A DNA stretch of 64,000 nucleotides from Spirochaetia bacterium (GTDB taxonomy: Bacteria > Spirochaetota > Spirochaetia > SZUA-6 > Bin103): positions 1,504,001 to 1,568,000 of the forward strand of contig CBDATQ010000001.1 in NCBI GenBank assembly GCA_965199955.1, given 5' to 3'. Positions 59,072 through 64,000 of the stretch are shown piece after piece; positions within the stretch are counted from its first letter, which is position 1, and the number at the start of each line of letters is the position of its first letter. Under the pieces are notes generated by a model that saw nothing but the letters and a program-made list of their open reading frames with translations, was not told the origin of the DNA and did not search any database. A program made the translations under genes and the position numbers.

Positions 59072-61384
59072 CTATCGGGTGGTATCGGCGAGCCCCTCTG
59101 CCGATCGCTTCCAGAGCGCCACCGTGCCAAGGCTCTGCTGGCTGGGAATGATGATTTTCTTGTTGTCGCCGGCCAGCGCCGTCTCCAGCTTTTCGCGCCA
59201 GAGCATGTTCTGCAGCACGTCCGGCGCCGCCTGCATCGCGCGCGACACGACGCGGATCGCATCCGCCTCCGCGGCGGCAGCGGTCACGTTGCGGAACGCC
59301 TCACCGTCCGCCTGCTGGACCTCGTAGTAAGCGTTGCCGTGCGCCTGCGGGATCAGCGCCACCATGAACGTCTGCGCATCGACGATGATCCGCTCGCGGT
59401 CTTCCTGGGAGCTGGAGATCTCCCGGAACGCGTTCATCGTCTCTCCGATCGGCTGTATGGCCACCAGACTCACCTTGATCAGGTCGACCGTCTCCAGCAC
59501 CGGGATCGACTTACCGGAGGAACCTGTGAACAGCGCCTGAACCTCCGCTTCCAGATCTTCCCGCCGCACGTTCAGCAGATGATTCAGATCTTCCGCCCCC
59601 ACGAAGGCGCGTAGCTCGTCGCGTACGTTGTCGGCGATCACGTGTTCAGGGTTCTGCGTTCGGTAATGATAGACGTAGGGATCTCGTACGCGGTACTGGA
59701 CGTTCACGGACAGCGATAGCAGGTTGAGATCGCCCGACAGGTACTCGTACGCCAAGGGGTTGGTGACCGACTTGATCTCCAGGACCGGCCAGTGGTCGAT
59801 GCGGACCAGCGGCCGCGGCGCCAGGTAGTGCAGGCCCGGTGGAAGGTCGCGCCAGACGACCGCCCCGAACAGTCGCCCGTACCCCACCGAATCGGGAGGC
59901 ACCGCGGTAAAGCCCGTCGCTAGAAACACGGCGATCAGCAGGAGCCAGAGGGTCCTGCCAAGCGGCGTGGCGGGGGAGATCACGCCGACGAGTCGACGGT
60001 CGCGGGTCAGGCGGCGCCAAGCCCGTATCCACGGTGGAGCAAAGGTCCGCAGGTTGGCGAGCAGATCCTGGTAGCCGCTCCTCAGGGCACCGGCCTTGAA
60101 CCGCCAGACGATCAGGGCGATGAGGAGAAAGGCGCCGGCCCACTCTATGAACTCGATGGCCGGCGCCTGGACGGCTCCCAGATTGACGGACAGGGTCACT
60201 CCGGCGGCGATCAGCAGCGTGTCGATCAGGATCCCGATTACGACGGTCACGGCGATGACCGAGGCGACGTACACCGTCGCGAAGCGCGCGCCGAACTGGT
60301 TGGCGATGATCGCGATGGTGCCGGTGTTGGTGGCCGGTCCGGTCATGAGAAAGATCAGCGCCGCGCCCGGGCTGACCCCCCCCTGACGACCAGCGCGGCG
60401 GCGATCGGAGTGCTGGCGGAGGCGCAGATGTAGAGGGGAACGCCGACCAGCACCATGATCGGATAGGACAGCCAGCGCGCATACTCGTTGGCCATCAGGT
60501 CAGCCGGAATCACCAGATAGAGCACACCGCCGAGCGCGATGCCCACCAGCAGCGAGAACAGGATGTCGTCCGCTATCTCGACGAACCCGTAGCGGAATAC
60601 GTGGCGGATGATGGTCGTGAAGTCCAGGTCACCGGCGTTTCCGTTTGGCTTGGTCCGGCTTGGGGAGCTCTCTCTGGAATGGGCCGCGGACTCTCGGTAA
60701 AACGCGGGCTTAACCCAGGTGACGAACTTCCGGGTCCCGAGCGTCTCGCCGACTCTCCGTACCGTGCGTCGCGCCCAAGCAACGAGTGCCGACTTCAGGA
60801 GAGAGAGCGGTACGTAGCAGTCGTCGCTGCCGGGCAGCAGCGATTGGTGTGTGTCGTGATCGTGATCATGATGGTCGTGGTGCTCATGAGCGTAATCGGG
60901 ATGGTCATGGTTGTGATGGTGGTCCTCAGGGTGGTCATGCGATGCCGGGCGGTCGCGGTCTCGGATCAGGCCGATGCAGAAGATGCCGGCCACCACGGCG
61001 GTGATGAAGCTGATGACAGGGCGCACTACCGCGGCCACGAACCCGAAGAAGGCGTTGGTGATCAGAATCGAGTCCGCCCCGGTCTCCGGTGCGGTGATCA
61101 GGAACGACATGCACGACGACCGTGAAGCGCCTTATCCTGTTCATCTCGGCGACCACCGGGACCACGGAGCAACTGCACAGCGGAACGGGCACGCCGACCG
61201 CGGCGCTGGCGCTCACCGACTTCAGACTGTCGTGGCGCAGCCAGCGGAGAATGGCCTGACGCGAGATCATCACGTGAATCACGCCGGCAAGGAACAGCCC
61301 GAGCAGCAGCATCGGCGCCAACAACAGAAAGGACGACCAGAGGAAGTCGGCAAATCCGGCCAGCGTTCTTAAGGTCTCCAGCAT
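59072..61384 (-). CDS. DUF318/SO_0444-type permease with His-rich loop, fused to an HflK-like SPFH domain; split by two frameshifts (about 61134 and 60376-60383)
   Basis: VPLCSCSVVP, FLITAPETG, His-rich loop, VPLYICASASTP, GPATN, TM helices, then TGFTAV...LFG...PGLHY, LSGDLNL, VQYRV, AFREI. The permease C-terminus and SPFH domain share one open frame (59072..60346). Confidence 0.82.
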
Positions 61385-61486
61385 CTTTAGTCTTCTGTGA
61401 TTGCAGGACTCAGCTCAGAGAGTCCCATGAGCCCGCAAACGGAAACTGACACCGTCCGAGCCAAGCTTGCGTGAACCGCGAACTCT

Positions 61487-61545
61487 TGTCAAGGGCAGGG
61501 TTGACAACGGCATGCGTATCTGCTGCAATTGCAAGAACATTATCA
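61487..61545. promoter_or_regulatory. Divergent promoter region with back-to-back TTGACA hexamers and a possible Fur/Zur-family half-site
   Basis: TGTCAA at 61487-61492, TTGACA at 61501-61506, CATTATCA at 61538-61545. Confidence 0.45.
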
Positions 61546-61567
61546 GTTGATCGAAGGAAGGGGACAC

Positions 61568-62629
61568 ATGACACACAGGAATACGGTAGCTTTGGCTAGA
61601 CTGGCGGCCGCCGTCGCGTTCGCGTTTGCAGCCACATTCGGGTACGCCGCCGCCGAGCCGGAGGCTCTCGACGATCGGGTAGCGGTCGTCGCCACGACCA
61701 ACATCGTGGGCGACATCGTCTCGCAGATCGGGGGTGATCGGATCTCCCTGTACGTGATGCTGCCGCTCGGTGCCGATCCGCACGTGTTCCGGGCGACCCC
61801 CCGCGACGCCCGACAGGTAGCCGATGCGGCCGTCGTGTTCATCAACGGCGTCGGGCTGGAAACGGACTTTCTGGGTGAGCTGATCGCGAGCGCAGAGCCG
61901 CGGCGTGTCGTCGACCTGTCCGAGCACTTGGATCTGCGGCGCCTGACGGCTGACGAGGAAGGACACGACGAGGAAGAAGAAGGAGAGCATCACGACGAGG
62001 AGGAAGACGACGAGGAGGCAGAAGGAGAGCACCACGACGAGGAGGAAGACGACGAGGATGGACACCACGGGGAGGAAGAGGGGCATGGCCACGGCGAGTT
62101 CGATGCCCACGTGTGGATGGACCCGACGCTCGTCGCCGCGTGGACGGTCGAGATCGTCGAGGTGCTGGCCGAGGTGGACCCCGATGGCGCGGACGAGTAC
62201 GAGCGGCGCGCGGCCGCGTTGGCTGCCGATCTCGTTGACCTGGATACGTGGGTCCGGGAACGGGTCGCTGCGATTCCGCGTGATCGGCGCATCCTGATAA
62301 CGGATCACGGCATGTTCGGTTACTTCGCCGACCGCTACGGGTTCATGGCCCTCGACAGCGTCATCCCGGGGTTCAGCACGGCCGCCGAGCCGTCCGCGCG
62401 CCACTTGGCAGGACTGCGCGAAACGATCGACGAGCATGCCGTGCCGGCGATCTTCGTGGGTGTTACGGCGAATCCGCAGGCGGCCCAGACGGTGGCCAAC
62501 GACCTGGGTATCGACGTGGTCGCGGTGTACACCGGTTCACTGAGTGAACCGGGCGGCCCGGCGGCTACCTATCAGGACTTCATCCGTATCAACGTTGAGC
62601 GCATCGTCGCCGCGCTTGGCAGGAAATGA
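61568..62629 (+). CDS. Metal ABC substrate-binding protein (ZnuA/TroA family) with acidic His-rich loop
   Basis: VVATTNI, GADPH, NGVGLE, DAHVWMDP, TDHGMFGYF..RYG, EPS. Confidence 0.93.
   Translation: MTHRNTVALARLAAAVAFAFAATFGYAAAEPEALDDRVAVVATTNIVGDIVSQIGGDRISLYVMLPLGADPHVFRATPRDARQVADAAVVFINGVGLETDFLGELIASAEPRRVVDLSEHLDLRRLTADEEGHDEEEEGEHHDEEEDDEEAEGEHHDEEEDDEDGHHGEEEGHGHGEFDAHVWMDPTLVAAWTVEIVEVLAEVDPDGADEYERRAAALAADLVDLDTWVRERVAAIPRDRRILITDHGMFGYFADRYGFMALDSVIPGFSTAAEPSARHLAGLRETIDEHAVPAIFVGVTANPQAAQTVANDLGIDVVAVYTGSLSEPGGPAATYQDFIRINVERIVAALGRK
61978..62058 (+). repeat. 42-bp tandem duplication encoding EGEHHDEEEDDE
   Basis: Units start at 61978 and 62020. Confidence 0.85.
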
Positions 62630-63474
62630 CCGTTCGTTCATCCGCGATGACGACGAATCGTTTTCGTATTCCAGAGAATGGAGTAGGCTCGGCGCGCATC
62701 ATGCGCACGCACGGCCGCGACTCCCCGCACACGCCGGGAACGGCACTGCTCGATATCGACTCGGCGTCCGCCCACTACGACGGGCGCAGCGCTATCGAAG
62801 CGGTATCGATGCGGTTGAACGCCGGCCAGCGCATCGCGGTGGTAGGGCCCAACGGGGCCGGCAAGAGCACGCTGTTCAAGGTGGTGGCTGGTATCCACCG
62901 CCCGACCTCCGGGACGGTGCGAGTCTACGGCAGCGATCCGGGCCACCACGTATGCATAGCCTACATCGAGCAGAGCGCCGACCTTAACCTGCGTTTTCCC
63001 GCCACGGTCGAGGACGTCGTGGCCATGGGGCGCATCGCCCGCCGCGGCTACTTTCGCTTTCCGCGCCGCGCCGACCGAGCGATCGTCGGGGCGGCGATGG
63101 AGCGCGTCGGGATTACCCCGTTGCGGCGTCGCCAGATCGGAGAACTGTCCGGGGGCCAGCGGCAGCGCGCGTTCATCGCCCGTGCCCTGGCCCAGCAGGC
63201 GGAACTGCTCCTGATGGATGAGCCGTTCGCCGGACTCGACTCCGACGCCTGCAGCCGGCTCGAGGTGACCCTGGACGCGCTGGGCGAGGACATCACGGTG
63301 TTGCTGTCAACGCATGACCTGGGGGTGGCGGAGCGCATGGGTCACGTAGCGCTGTTGAATCGACGCCTGCTCGGCTTCGGTCCGGCTCCGGAGATCCTGG
63401 TGGCCGATCGGCTTGCGCAGGCGTACGGTGGCAACCTCCATGGCCTGCCGGCGGGGATCGACGCTGTAGTGTGA
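62626..63474 (+). CDS. Metal ABC transporter ATP-binding protein (ZnuC/MntA-type), start uncertain
   Basis: GPNGAGKST, VVAMGR, LSGGQRQR, MDEPFAG, STHDL. Confidence 0.92.
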   Translation: MTVRSSAMTTNRFRIPENGVGSARIMRTHGRDSPHTPGTALLDIDSASAHYDGRSAIEAVSMRLNAGQRIAVVGPNGAGKSTLFKVVAGIHRPTSGTVRVYGSDPGHHVCIAYIEQSADLNLRFPATVEDVVAMGRIARRGYFRFPRRADRAIVGAAMERVGITPLRRRQIGELSGGQRQRAFIARALAQQAELLLMDEPFAGLDSDACSRLEVTLDALGEDITVLLSTHDLGVAERMGHVALLNRRLLGFGPAPEILVADRLAQAYGGNLHGLPAGIDAVV

Positions 63475-64000
63475 TAGACCTGCTGATCGCTCCGCTGAGC
63501 TACCCGTTCGTCGTCCGCGCGCTGCTAGCGGTCACCATGGTTGCGGCGGTGTGCGCCCTGGTGGGCACGTTCGTCGTGCTGCGCGGCATGTCCTATATCG
63601 GCAGCGCGCTGGCCCATTCGCTGGTGCCGGGCGTGGCGCTGGGATATCTCGTGGGGGGGCTGTCCCGCGATCGTCTGTTCTGGTGGGCAACCGGCACGGC
63701 GATCCTGACCGCGCTCGGCATGTCCGCCCTAGTTCGCCGTTTTCGCATCGGCGAGGACGCCGCGGTGGGCGTGGTCTACTCCGGCATGTTCGCGCTGGGC
63801 ATCGTGATCCTCTCCACGGTGCGCAGCGTCGCGGTGGATCTCGTGCACTTCCTGTTTGGGAACGTCCTGAGCGTGGAGGGCGCCGACCTGATCCGCATCG
63901 GCGTGGTCGCGGCGATCATCGTCATCGTCGTCGGTCTGTTCTACAAGGAACTGGTAGTGGTCACCTTCGACCGTGTGTTCGCGGCTTCGGTGCGTCTCAA
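63471..64000 (+). CDS. Metal ABC transporter permease (ZnuB/MntB-type), partial
   Basis: Manual translation from GTG 63471: FVVRAL...GTFVVLRGMS..GSALAHS..PGVA...EDAAVG...FLFGNVL. Confidence 0.9.
   Translation, partial: MIDLLIAPLSYPFVVRALLAVTMVAAVCALVGTFVVLRGMSYIGSALAHSLVPGVALGYLVGGLSRDRLFWWATGTAILTALGMSALVRRFRIGEDAAVGVVYSGMFALGIVILSTVRSVAVDLVHFLFGNVLSVEGADLIRIGVVAAIIVIVVGLFYKELVVVTFDRVFAASVRL

Noticed and set aside
1..64000. tRNA, rRNA or prophage
   Set aside because: No recognisable signatures by eye; tRNAscan-SE and Rfam searches would be needed to exclude small RNAs.

Overview
GC-rich bacterial window with no rRNA, tRNA or CRISPR array detected by eye. The gene mix (PhyH dioxygenase, Gfo/Idh/MocA and MDR oxidoreductases, sulfatase-like protein, two SulP paralogues, Ig-repeat lipoprotein, many TA modules) resembles host-associated or marine-symbiont genomes; this is inference only. 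Layout: (1) 1-30.4 kb, catabolic genes including a coupled operon with a three-subunit Co-type nitrile/thiocyanate hydratase; (2) 30.4-42.5 kb, a mobile and decaying island with an RNA ligase, two IS1634 copies with TTAG target duplications, an integrase-type IS, IS630/IS1595 and hsdR remnants and a repeat lipoprotein; (3) 42.5-55 kb, a sulfatase-like operon, an eroded polyamine uptake locus, relBE, ppc and an AbiEii remnant; (4) 55-64 kb, the best candidate for an undescribed system: a five-gene operon in which a His-rich DUF318/SO_0444-type metal permease appears fused to an HflK-like SPFH domain, followed by hflC-like and hflK-like genes, an orphan solute-binding protein and a membrane protein, transcribed divergently from a ZnuA/TroA-type metal ABC importer. 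Frameshifts and internal deletions are frequent; single-base ones could be sequencing errors. All family assignments come from motif recognition, not database searches.
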